Source of the DNA: Parasitella parasitica NRRL 2501 | Lineage: Eukaryota > Fungi > Mucoromycota | Direction: 5' to 3' | Assembly: GCA_025201805.1 (NCBI GenBank) | Contig: MU619366.1 | Location: forward strand, 12,006 to 76,005 | DNA length: 64,000 bases | Part shown: piece after piece, positions 51,088 to 62,598 of the stretch | Layout: every line of letters begins with the position of its first letter | Position numbering within the stretch: position 1 is the stretch's first letter | Made by a program: the position numbers and the translations under genes | Notes under the pieces: model-generated | Seen by the model: only the letters and a program-made list of their open reading frames with translations | Database searches by the model: none | Told to the model about the DNA's origin: nothing

Positions 51088-52075
51088 TTACAACTTTGAT
51101 GTGTTTAGTGCTGTATTCTTCACCATCCACCGATGACACCATTGAACACTTGACTCGAACATTTCTGGACACCACTCATGACCAACTCCAGGAACCAGAT
51201 AGTACTTCCAATCGTGGCCTTCTTTACCGGTATGGATGTGTCGCAACGATTCAATCAAAGGTCCATTGTACTGGGCTTTTACCAGCATGTCTTTTTCGCC
51301 GTTAATTATGAGAAGGTGCTTTGATTTAAGCTGTTGATCCATATTCACGGTTGCTTTCATCACAGTATTGCAAAAATATCGTGGCAGATAAATTTCAGAC
51401 GGCATGTTAGATTCTTTTAGACGGGATTCCATCAAGGCTAAAAAGTCTGCCATGCCGACGATGGGGATTGCCACAGTAATTCGAGGATCTGGAATGTAAT
51501 ACAAAATGTTAAATGTAACTGTTGTATAATAACCGATATACATACCGTTTGCTGCAGCCATAAAGGTAGCATGGCCACCCATTGAAAAGCCAATGCATCC
51601 CCAAGTTCGAACTAACGAATGAGACTGAGGGCCAAATATATAGTGTTCCACCACGTCAATCAATTCGGTCACTGTTCTAGCAGTAGAGTTGACCATACCC
51701 CACATATCCACTGCGTGGTTAGGGTTCCTGTGCTTTCCTTCCACCCAGCCAAAGTTTGCTAGTTTGTGTACGAGTCTACTGCCATGATTAGCAGAGTCAA
51801 AGGTGATTACAAGCATATGCGAGTCATCCTTTTCCCTCTTTTCATTCAATTGGCAAATAGCCTGAGCAATGGGCTCCATTTTCGATTGGTTTTCTATTTG
51901 TAAGCATAAGCGATACATGCTAATTTGTCAATACACGCGAGTACCTACGTAGTCTTCCATGTAGAGCAAACATGATCGATACAGGGGTTCCTTGAGGAAG
52001 CTTGTTGTATTCATCCAAGCCATAGACGGTGATATTAAGTCCAGGAATCGGAATGGCTTGCTTTGATGATGCCAT
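51088..52075 (-). CDS. Alpha/beta-hydrolase (esterase) ending in SKL, 3 exons
   Basis: FALHGR, ITFDSANHGSR, nucleophile GFSMGGH, NGEKD and PGVGH; C-terminal NTSKL. Confidence 0.88.
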
Positions 52076-52215
52076 GTTCAAGTGTAGAGTAGCAGTAGCA
52101 GTAGCAGTAGTAGGAGGAGAAGAAGAAGCGTCAAGCAAACATTTGTGAGAATGGCACAAGTCAGCATAAATAAAAGACACCACCCCATCCGGGTAAAAGA
52201 ATTGCATTTTTTATT

Positions 52216-53055
52216 TTACTTTTGTAAAAACTTTTTGATATCATCCTCAATGGCCTGAGGCTCAACCAACGAAGAATAGCGCTCAACGACATTACCTTCT
52301 CTATCGACCAAGAATTTCTATGTGCTCGGATTATTCAATGAGCCCCATCTACAGTGAGCATTTCTGTGCTGATCTTACCTCGAAATTCCATTTGATTCTG
52401 GTCAAACTAGGATGTGTAGTTAGACATTTGTCTCTGCAGTATTTTTTTGTATATCGGCTGTTACCCAAAGATGCCAGGCTTGGACTCTTTTAAAAACTTG
52501 TAGAGCGGTGCTTCCTTGGGGCCATTGACATCGCTGTGCATGCCACCTTATTAGTATATGGAATACTGCTACTTTTTGCTTTGCTTACAGTTTGGCAAGG
52601 AGTGGAAAATCAACATCGTAGGTGAGCTTACAGAAGTTTTCAATTTCTATCATGTATTTTATATGATTATATGAAACCAATTGCGCAGAAGCTTTTAAAT
52701 ACCATCAGGGTTGCCAGGCTCTGAAGACATGGTGCGATCGTTAGCTGATTATAACAATTTGTAGCATTGCATTTACCTTGGCCCATAAACTGATTGCAAG
52801 GAGCACCGACAAGCTCAAATCCCTCATCTTTGTACTTTTTGTAAAGTTCTTCTAAGCCTTTGTATTGACGCGTGAAACCACATTTAGAAGCTACATTCAC
52901 GAAAAGCACCACCTGAAGGTGTGTGTTTTTCTCAATAATTTACAGAGAAAACAAAAAAAAAAAAAAGATCCTCAACATACTTTTCCTTCGAGTGAGCTCA
53001 ATTTCCAATCGGTATTTTTGAGAGTTTTGACAGAGAGATTATACAATTTTGACAT
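52216..53055 (-). CDS. Cys-type glutathione/thioredoxin peroxidase (GPx/Hyr1-like), ~7 exons
   Basis: [21 protein letters not shown] and [14 protein letters not shown]. Confidence 0.93.
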
Positions 53056-53390
53056 GATTATTTGTAAGCCAAAGAGGGAAAAAAGAAACAAACACTTGAA
53101 ATGCATTGGGCGGGCGTATGAATGAAAAAAAAAGATGTTTGTACAAATCACTGAGTATCCGCATAATTACGTAGTAAATATATATATACTAGTTGCACTA
53201 CCATCTATCACACATGTCAGCTTGGTTATTCTGGTTTTTGAGTCTCATTTGGGGCCTTTGTTATGCATTCCGTGATGGTTCTACAGGATCATCAAACACT
53301 GCTGTTGTGACCGTAATAAAGTGAGCCAAAAGAAAGAAAAAAAAAAAACCTACATTTCACTCGAAATGCACCATTTCTTGTAAATCAACC

Positions 53391-54537
53391 ATGTCTTCTT
53401 TAGCGCTTGATCAGTTACTAAACAACAAGAAATCTTCGTCATTCATTTTCATAAATGACACTATTCGTCTTTCAGCGTTGCCGATTTTGACAGATATAGG
53501 AAGACGCGCACTTGACGATGGCAAATCACTAGTGGTGCTTTTGACAGAAACGTCTCCTAGAGCATGGCGGGAACGCTTTCCTGCCGTCAAAGGAAACAAC
53601 ATATACATAATTGACTGTTACTCTGATCCACATGGCTGGGATGATGATGACGATGATGAAAAAGAGGAAAAGAAAAACAGCACTGATAGCAATACAATCC
53701 GAGTCAGTAACATCAGAAATATGGAAAAAATGATTCTGTCTCCCCTCCTAAGGAAAATTATGGATACTCCCAAGTGTACCATTCTGGTGGACTCTATCAC
53801 TCCATTAGCAATAATCTCTCAACATAGAGCCTATCAACTTGTCAAGGCATTAGAATCATTGACAACAGGTAGCTGAAAACATGTATTTTTTTATTTTTTT
53901 TTAATCAAATTTACCATTGATATTAATACGGCATGCAGACGCCATTCGCCTAGTTGTTGGGTATCATTCTGACATAAAATTAGTCTCCAAGACTGGGTTG
54001 ACCTTGCAAGATTCACTCAACAGACTTGCAACAGTGATTATCAAATTAGAGGCAGTAAAGGAGCGCACAGCATTCGAGACTCAGGCTGCATTAACTGGCT
54101 TTGTACCTCAAGATACATTTTCCTATCTAACCATTACATCAAACTGCTTGACAAAGGGAGGCATTGCGCATATTGAATGGAGGAAAAAGAGCGGAAAAGT
54201 GCAGTATGAATCTAATGGATTCATCATGCTCCAGCAGGACGGGTCACTACAGGCAGTGCCTGCGAATCAATTGACATTGGAAAAAGAGCAAGAGCCTGAG
54301 CCCGTGGCCATGGAAGTAGACACAAAGCCTGATCCGACAGCCAATCTGTCCTTCAACTTGACGCTGACTGATGAACAGCGTAGAACCAAGGAAAACCTAG
54401 TATTGCCGTACATGAAGGCGCAACAACTGGAGGTGTCGATCGAAGAAGAAAAGAAGAGCAGCGGGTTGATCTACTACGATCCTGATGCAGCAGATGACTT
54501 TGACGACGAGGATCCTGACGACGATTTAGACATTTAG
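53391..54537 (+). CDS. ELP5: Elongator complex subunit 5, 2 exons
   Basis: DCYSDPHGW, ILVDSI, DPTANLSFNLTLTDEQR..KENLVLPY and C-terminal IYYDPDAADDFDDEDPDDDLDI. Confidence 0.9.
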
Positions 54538-55060
54538 GCTGTATCATATTGAGAGACGGTAGAGCACTTTTTTTTGTTTTGTTTTTTTAACTATATTAAA
54601 GAACTGTTTTGGCACGCACACTGGGATATTTGACATCTGACGATTTCTTTTGTTTCGCAACTGCTAAAGACAGACGCCCATGCGTGCACTATTAACCATG
54701 GTGATGAAACAATCAAGTTGCGATGACTAAGGAATGTGTACAGCTCATGAGTCAAATTGTATAATGTTTACTGCAAAGTTTGTGTTCCCACTGTCATGAG
54801 TTCTGGAGAGAATACGGGTAATCAATTTACAATTTTTATATCTGTTCCTGTGCAACAAGCGTAACCTCGGAGTGAATTTTGTGATTCGGTATATTTGTAA
54901 ATACATGTTCTCGGTCTTGGCCATCATTGATTTCGCTGCCTTTGTACATCTGCATAGCGGATCAAGATGTGTTTCATTAAATATTTAGCCCCACTTTGCA
55001 ATTCATATGGTCTCTTTTTGCGTGTTTTTTTATTATGTCTAGTGGTGCAGNNNNNNNNNN

Positions 55061-55092
<32 letters not shown>

Positions 55093-55382
55093 AAGCAATT
55101 AGATGATCTATATTTGCTTGAAATGACTGACAGCCACTCACAAGCCTGCGAGAGAGAGCAGCGGTATTTTTTTTTTCCACGAACTTGACGAATCACTGAT
55201 GTTGGTATCACAATGCCTACAACACTACATCAGCTTCTTCGATTATTAATACATGGTTGATTCTGCATTTTCTCTCTCCCCTTTTCACTCTATATAAAAG
55301 CGAGCAAGAAAGATCCGTTTCTTTTCTTCTCTTGTCATCTTACCAACCCAATCTTTCAAACTAGATCAATTCCAAGAAAGAC

Positions 55383-57243
55383 ATGGCATATGTGGAGGAA
55401 AACTTAATCAAGAGTCAATCAGCTTCTTTCAACATAAAAGAAGAAAAGAAACTAGAGTCTTCCGCCATTGGAACTGAAGAAATCAATTCTGTTCAAAAAG
55501 CAGGAAGCATGGCGAGCTCTGAATCGACAGCTAAAACAGGTATGGTGCCACGCTCTAAAAAAAAAACTCGCCCCCAGCAAATCCATGTATTAACAGCCAG
55601 CCCCTCAATAGATACCCTAACTCCCTCTGAAAAGGACGTGGAGAAAGCTTCTGCCCAATTATCGTCTGTAGAAGAAGACGAAGAAGGGCCTGACGGAGGC
55701 TATGGCTGGCTTGTTGTTCTGGGCGCATTTTCGGTGCAAATCACAAGCTTCGGCGTTGTGTCTAGCTGGTAATTACACATGCAAGAGATAGAGGAAAGAG
55801 CTATAGCATTACTAATCACAAACCTGTCAATTTTCTTTTTTCTACCATTAGGGGTAAGCAATACAGAACAAATATGCATGCCGTGCATGCAGAATGGACA
55901 TTGAATGATTAACATGGCTGTTATATAGGTGTGATGCAAGACTATTTCCATCAAAATATGTTTGCTGATAATCCCAAGGCACTGGTAGATCTAAGTTTCG
56001 TGGGCACTCTGGCCCTAGTTTTCATCAACGGCGCAAGTCCTATCGTGCAGGTGTTTGTCGCAAGATTTGGTCTGCGTCCTATTATGATTGTGGGCACAAT
56101 ATGCATCACAGTGGCTCTGGAGATGGCTGGATTTGCCACTCAGGTAATTATCAGACACGCACCTTTGGATCAAAGAAGCTAAAAAAAAAAAGGACGATAG
56201 ATATGGCATTTGTATCTCACACAGGGTATACTGTTTGGATTGGGAGCTTCTTGCATGTATGGCACAGTAATGGCGGTTACACCACAGTGGTTTACCAAGA
56301 ATAGAGGTATTGCATTGGGAATCGTCGCAGGTGGATCTGGCATTGGTGGCCTAGTTGTCCCCTTTATTGTTACGCCTCTTAATAGAAATCTAGGCCCTGC
56401 GTGGACTTATCGCATTCTGGGGTTCATTTGTCTCGCATGCGACATCCTTGCCTGCGTTTTTGTCAAGGAAAGGATTGTTCGTAAAAAGGAAAAGAGGAGC
56501 ATCTCTCAAATCATACCACTGGGTGTGCTCAAGAATACAAACTTTCTGATTTTCAGCATCGCTTCGGATATTGGCTTGTTTGGCTATTTTGTGCCCTTCT
56601 TCTTTCTGCCTGGTAAGTAACAAAGTCTGTTGTTACGTAGAACATTGCGCCAGGTTGCTGACTCCTTGCAATGGTACAAATTACAGCCTATGCCACCTAC
56701 CTAGGCATGTCCGATTCTCAAGGGTCTGCTCTTATTGCGGTCTGTTCTGCCATGAACTTTATTGGACGTTTGGCCGCTGGGTAAGATGTTCAATTCTGAA
56801 TTGGATGGCAAGAGTTTTTATGACTAACAATTGTCCCTAGCGCCTTGGCAGACCGCATTGGGCGTCTAAACTCGAACGTGATTTTTACTCTGCTCACGGC
56901 TATCAGCTGTCTACTTATTTGGACATTCGCTTTTGATTACTCGTCGTTGATGGGATTCAGCGCAGTATTCGGTTTTGGCTGTGGTTCTTATTTTGCTTTG
57001 ATGTCACCGATTACAGCGAATTTGCTAGGCATGGAAAAATTGCCCTCAGGGCTATCACTGCTACTCTTCTTGAACATGATCCCTGTCTTTGGATCTAATA
57101 TTGCCAGTGCCATCGAAACAGGCGTGAGCTCTGCTCCATTTTTTTCTTACAAAATGTTTGCTGGTGTTGCTTGGCTAATGGGTGCAATTCTATTAATCAT
57201 TTTGAAGTTCAAGATCAACAGGAACCCGTTTGTAAAGATATAG
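55383..57243 (+). CDS. MFS monocarboxylate-porter (MCT/Mch-like) transporter, multi-exon including a 2-nt micro-exon
   Basis: PDGGYGWLVV, SSWGVMQDYF, QGILFGLG, QWFTKNRGIALGIVAGGSGIGG and ADRIGRLN. Confidence 0.92.
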
Positions 57244-59808
57244 CTTTATTTATTATTTCGCCATAAAGTTTTACACAACAAAAGATCGACATTAGAGTTT
57301 CGTTTCACGCGACAGTAAAAAAAAAACTATTGCTTTGTCAAAATCGCACAGAACGAGTTGAATTACACGCTGAATTCAATACATAAAAATAAAAATTAAT
57401 CAGACTCTTAGCAAGTCTAAAAGGTGAAAAATGAACTAAGTTCTTCTTTATTATCGCGGCGTGTATAGTGTTTATACTAATCTTAAGGATGAATTGCAAT
57501 GTATGTTTCTATGCTTGCTTTTGGTACACATGGTCCAATAAAGTGATATACCTAGGCTTATAATCAGGTCTATCTACTCTTCGAGGTAAGCCAGTCTAAA
57601 CACTTCTAGCTTATTGCTTAATATTATGTAGTATCAGATCAATCTCGTACTGTTTAAAATGTGAGTTTATAGCTAAGGTGTCTGTTGTCAACGCAAAAGT
57701 TATTCAAGTACGATTGATCTTATTAATTTAATATGTTAAGTACAAAAATTCGCAACATCGTCTGTCACTTCATGTTGAACAAATTGACCATAAGATGGTC
57801 TTTCTGCTCGATTTATTACTTTTATTCCCATTACTCAGGCCTGGTCCTCTTTGGCGCTCCCGTAATTCTCATCAAAACTCATTTGGGCTCTCCAGCAATA
57901 TGCTGCCGGAAAAACAAGTTTTCTTCTAGTAATCAGTGTTCGTTTCCTCTAGTACTATTTCTGGTCGCCAGGTTTTCCCTATATACCTTAGTTTGTTGCT
58001 TTATCTTAATCTTCTTCTGTTTCTTTCCTTTAATTCACGCACATCTCAGGATCACCATAAGGAGAAGAAATTATAACCTTCAACACAAAAGCATAGTATT
58101 CAATTGTAGAGTCTTTGGCTTCTAACACTTATTAGAGCTACTTTATATTCCCATTTTCGTATATTACACTATCAACTTCGCTCTCACGGGTTATTCGATC
58201 GGTGAAGCTTCTGCGTATGTACCAAGCTTAGTGACGAAGTCAAATCTCACCTCTTCTTTCGTTCCAATCTCCTTTTCTAAGTAACTTGGTATGTTCAATA
58301 TGTCAAGTGATATCTATTTAGAAGCAATCCCTTTTACCCTCATTACTGTACAAGAGCCAGGTTTTACGAGTAGTGTAATGATCACTTTAGAAAACAATCA
58401 TATGGTGCATTATGAAACAATAGAGCAATAAAAAAACCATTTATTATTCATCATCGTCATCTCACTCTCCTCCAGAGACACACTCCCCGACATCATAGCA
58501 GCTTCTACAAGAAACAAACCATCTTTAGTTTGTGGCCAAAAAACTGCTGTTGTGTTCTGCTTGGTTTTTTCCTCCTTTTTCTCCCCAACCAGCTGCTTGA
58601 TTTTGGCTACTGTCTTTCCTCTTTTCTCGTCTTCCTTCTTGTCTTTCATACTAGACACAAAGTTCTGAAAAAAAAATTAAATTGTTAATTCAGTTTGAAC
58701 CGAATTCAAATGGAATTTTGCCATTTAGTGCAAGCTTTAAGCTTGTTTTCATACTTGTGCTTTTAGCTATTTTTGAAAATTCGCCAAGCGCCCTCTTTAG
58801 AGTTCAAGATTGATATTTTTATTCTTTTAAAAAAAAAGGTGGAAACAGTGTCACCCTTAGTAAAAATATTAGTGCTGTTACAAAACAGTTTTATAAATCA
58901 ACTCACCAGTGGGGGCAGACATTAGAAAGACCGGATAACTCTTCAAGAAGATGGGACCTTTAAAGTCTTCTTCGGAGTATAGGGAGATGTTCAAAGCGTT
59001 TAAATAAAAAGACTTCGTGTGCATGAATATCTAGTCTGCTCATAAAAGTATGAAAGTCAGGCATAAAAAAATATCTATAGTTGACAAAACACTTACACGA
59101 ATCGCAAAACTTCCTTGTATAATGTCTGATATGATGTATTTTTAGAATTAAATAGAGGCGTAGTGAACTAGGATTATTAATGTCAAGTAGCAATTGAATA
59201 CATCATGAATATTTCTAGTATATTCATGATGTTATTCTCTGTCGTATTGGGTACTTGAATATTGCTACGCCTTTCTACAAGATTCCAGTATGTTCCTAAA
59301 AGGGAATATCCTTTGAGACGTCGCCTGTAGTCGAGATCACTATATTCCTGTTGCACATGTAGTGTTCTTGGAGGATCGATTTTTTTATTCTCTTTTAATT
59401 TCATAGACAGGCTTTTTTCATGCTATACCGTAGAAGTATTGATAGTGTTAGCTGACTAACCAATAACAGGATAATAACTTGGTGTAAACTTACATTTTTT
59501 AAAATGCAATCAACAGTATCGTCTATTGTGCTTCTGTCTTGATTTATTTGCCTTGTAATTTTATTCGCTTTGTCTTTTAAGTTGGCTGGTAATAGATCCA
59601 TTTGACTAGATGGGCTCTTGTCTTTCATACCAAGGATACTTTTCATTGGAGTCATCACGTCAATAGAGAAGAAAATAAAAGGCTTTACTAGTAAAAAAAA
59701 AAAAGAGTCTTTACTGAGCTATTTTTTAGACGATTTGAAAGATTTAAAAAAGTCAGGCTATATATCAATAGAGGGTATCTATAACCGTAGAAGGCCTGCC
59801 TTTCTTTT

Positions 59809-60000
59809 AAATAACCACCTACATTAATCGTGAAGAAAAAGATACTATAGAAGATGCTTAAAAAAGGAGCAAGGAAGCAGCGTCTTGAAAAAAAGTAACA
59901 AAGGTTAACTTTATAAATTTTATAATCCAGGGCAAACATGAACAGCAAACCTCTCATATTATCGTACATATATGTTCAGATATTGGGCGCAAAAATATAC
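59809..60000 (+). repeat. Diverged copy of the internal region of the CACTA-like element (1833-2038)
   Basis: Alignable over ~190 bp in inverted orientation. Confidence 0.85.
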
Positions 60001-60654
60001 TTGATTCCATTCTTCTGCTGGAATTTTTTTCTTTTTGTCTGATTTCGTCGTTCAAGCTCCCTACTACAATTTTCAAGTTAGGCAAATTTTTTTTTTTGAC
60101 AAAACGACTCTTCAAATTATCCCTTTGACTTTAGCAGCTCTCAGAATACGAGCATCTAGAATGAGTTCAGACTCTAGCGAGGCAACTTTCTTAAGCTTTT
60201 TGACCGGGGATTTTGTGGATATGAGACTGATGAAGTGAAAAAGAACTTGTTGATCTGTTCAGGTTGACTTGAAACTTTTTGAACCCCAACCAGAAAATAA
60301 AACCCCCATCATCAAACAAAGTACCTGAATTGACAATGTGTTCTTTTTTCACAAACAGTGCTGTGAGAGACACGTCTTTACACGAAATGATGTTTGCATT
60401 AGGCTAGAAAAAATGCTACCTTAGATGTGTTGGATTGTCATGGATAATTCAAAGGAAGCTAACTTATCGTGTAGAATGTCTCTAACAATAAAAATATCAG
60501 CTGGAGTCATCTCTTTAATGATGCTTAAATTATCGAAACTGTCTTTAGAATTACTATATATTATATGCGAATACTTGGATACAGATGATTTACTTGTATT
60601 AGCAAGACTGAAAAGATGGTACAATTACCATCTTGCAATATTATTAAGTGAGCG

Positions 60655-61197
60655 AATCGACCCAAAAGACGCTGATATGAAAGAAGTACCAATTAACAAG
60701 AAAAGAAATGCGACTTGAAATATTTATACGAACGAAGATCGCCGTCGGTACTTCTTTTACCTTCATGAAAAATTGTTGAAGCATGCGGAAGCCGCTAAAC
60801 TTGCTAATGTTAATCCTGAAACTGCGAGAAAATGGAAGTGAGAATACAACAAAGACCCTGAAAAGAATATACTACTAAAAAAAAAAAAAACGAACCGTAC
60901 ATCAAAAAGAGCACCGAGTCAAATAAATGAAAACCATAAAATGCACTTGCTTAACTTTTTCGATGAGGACCCCTCAGCGGTTATCCAGGTCGCAGTCGAA
61001 GAATTAACCAAAAGCTTTGAAGGCTTGGAGATAAAGAAGAGTAGGGTTGCTGAATTCATGCAAGAGGAGTGCAGCCTCATCTTAAAGGCCGTTACACGTC
61101 GTCCTAAAGCAATAAATAGTCGGAAAAACCTTGAGGCTCGTGCTAACTGGGTTATGGAATGGCAACAACAAGGTTTGCATTTTATGAACAACTGTAA
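60655..61197 (+). mobile_element. IS630/Tc1-mariner-like transposase relic (HTH region; stops; DDE domain missing)
   Basis: YTNEDRRRYF...AAKLANVNPETARKWK*...HKMHLLNFFDEDPSA...LTKSFEGLEIKKSRVAEFMQEECSL...WV.EW...FMNNC. TGA at 60716 and 60839. Confidence 0.8.
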
Positions 61198-61310
61198 ATT
61201 GGGAGTGGAGGCACAGTACTACTAAAGTTCACTTATATTTGGCATTACACCAATTTACACCAATTTACACAGGCACATGACCTTTATTCTCTTTTTCTCT
61301 TCTCTACATC

Positions 61311-62250
61311 ATGTCAGAGCAGTTATCAACCGTAGTTATTGAACCCACTGCCGCACACACGGCTACTGTGATATGGTTGCATGGGTTAGGGGATTCTGGT
61401 GTTGGCTGGCTCTTTTTGGTAGAAGAACTAGGGCCTAAATTTCCTTACATCAAATGGATTCTTCCAAATGCGTGAGTGCTTTTATGGGCAACTAACACAT
61501 TATTGAAAATTCATTGACATGGTACATAGACCGTTGAAAACAATTACATCCTTTGGAGAAGGGGCCTTGGTGAATGCATGGTTCAGCATCAACAGTTTTG
61601 AAAAGAAGGCTCATTTGGAAAAGATCGACGAGGATGGTATGCTTGAATCTGTAAGGCAAAGTACGTACAGAACATAAATTTTTAAATTAGAAAAAAAAAA
61701 AAAATACGACTTGAAAAATGAACGTTTTTATAGTCGATCAATTGATTCATAGTGAGACAAATCTTGGTTTATCAAGCCAACGTATTGTTTTGGGCGGTTT
61801 CAGTCAAGGTATGCACGTGTGTAAAGGTGATAGACAGCTCTACGTATAATGTTTACAACGATAAATTAGGATGTGTAATTTCGCTTCTAACAGCAGTCTC
61901 TACCAGCCATCAATTAGCAGGAGTTGTAGCATGCAGTGGTTGGCTGGCCCTGGGAGAAAAGCTCGATACAGTAAGTTTCAACCTTATTTGTTTGTGCACT
62001 CAGCATTAAATTTCTGTGCAAGTTTGGCTCTGAAATGAACAAACAAATCCCCATTTTAATATGCCATGGTGAAGACGATTCTGTGGTTGCATATCGTTTT
62101 GGTAAAGCAACAGCTAAATACCTGGCAAAGAAAGGGTACATGATACAATTCAAAAACTACCCTGAGCTTGCGCATGCTACTGAACCCAAGGAAATTGAAG
62201 ATATTAGCGACTTCATGGCAAAGTGCCTGCCTGTAATTAGCAAACTTTAA
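61311..62250 (+). CDS. Acyl-protein thioesterase 1/lysophospholipase (phospholipase/carboxylesterase family), multi-exon, ends SKL
   Basis: HTATVIWLHGLGDSG, KWILPNA, LGGFSQG, CHGEDDSVV, YPELAH; C-terminal ISKL. Confidence 0.9.
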
Positions 62251-62598
62251 AAAGAAAGGCTCAGAGTTGCGTAATGCTGCATTTTTATACATGACATTTA
62301 CATCACTTGAGAGGAATGTTGGAGGAGGAGGGATTTTGTTGTCAATTTTATGGTATTTACATTGCTTGTTAAAAACGTTCTTGGTTGCGAATAAAATAGA
62401 CAAGCTGTTAAAATGATCGTCGCTTTTAGGCCTGAAATCATGTTGGCACAATGCAGTTCCAGTCGATCTGAATATCCGCATTATAGTGCTTGATGATTGT
62501 TTATTTTAGATTTTCTAATAAGATATAAATTACGGCTGCTCTCTATTTTCTCTTTATCTTCCTTTTGGTTCTTTTTAAATTCATACTAGTTTGCGACT

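Noticed and set aside
52865-52900. Selenocysteine in GPx
   Set aside because: The active-site codon is TGT (SKCGFT), not TGA.
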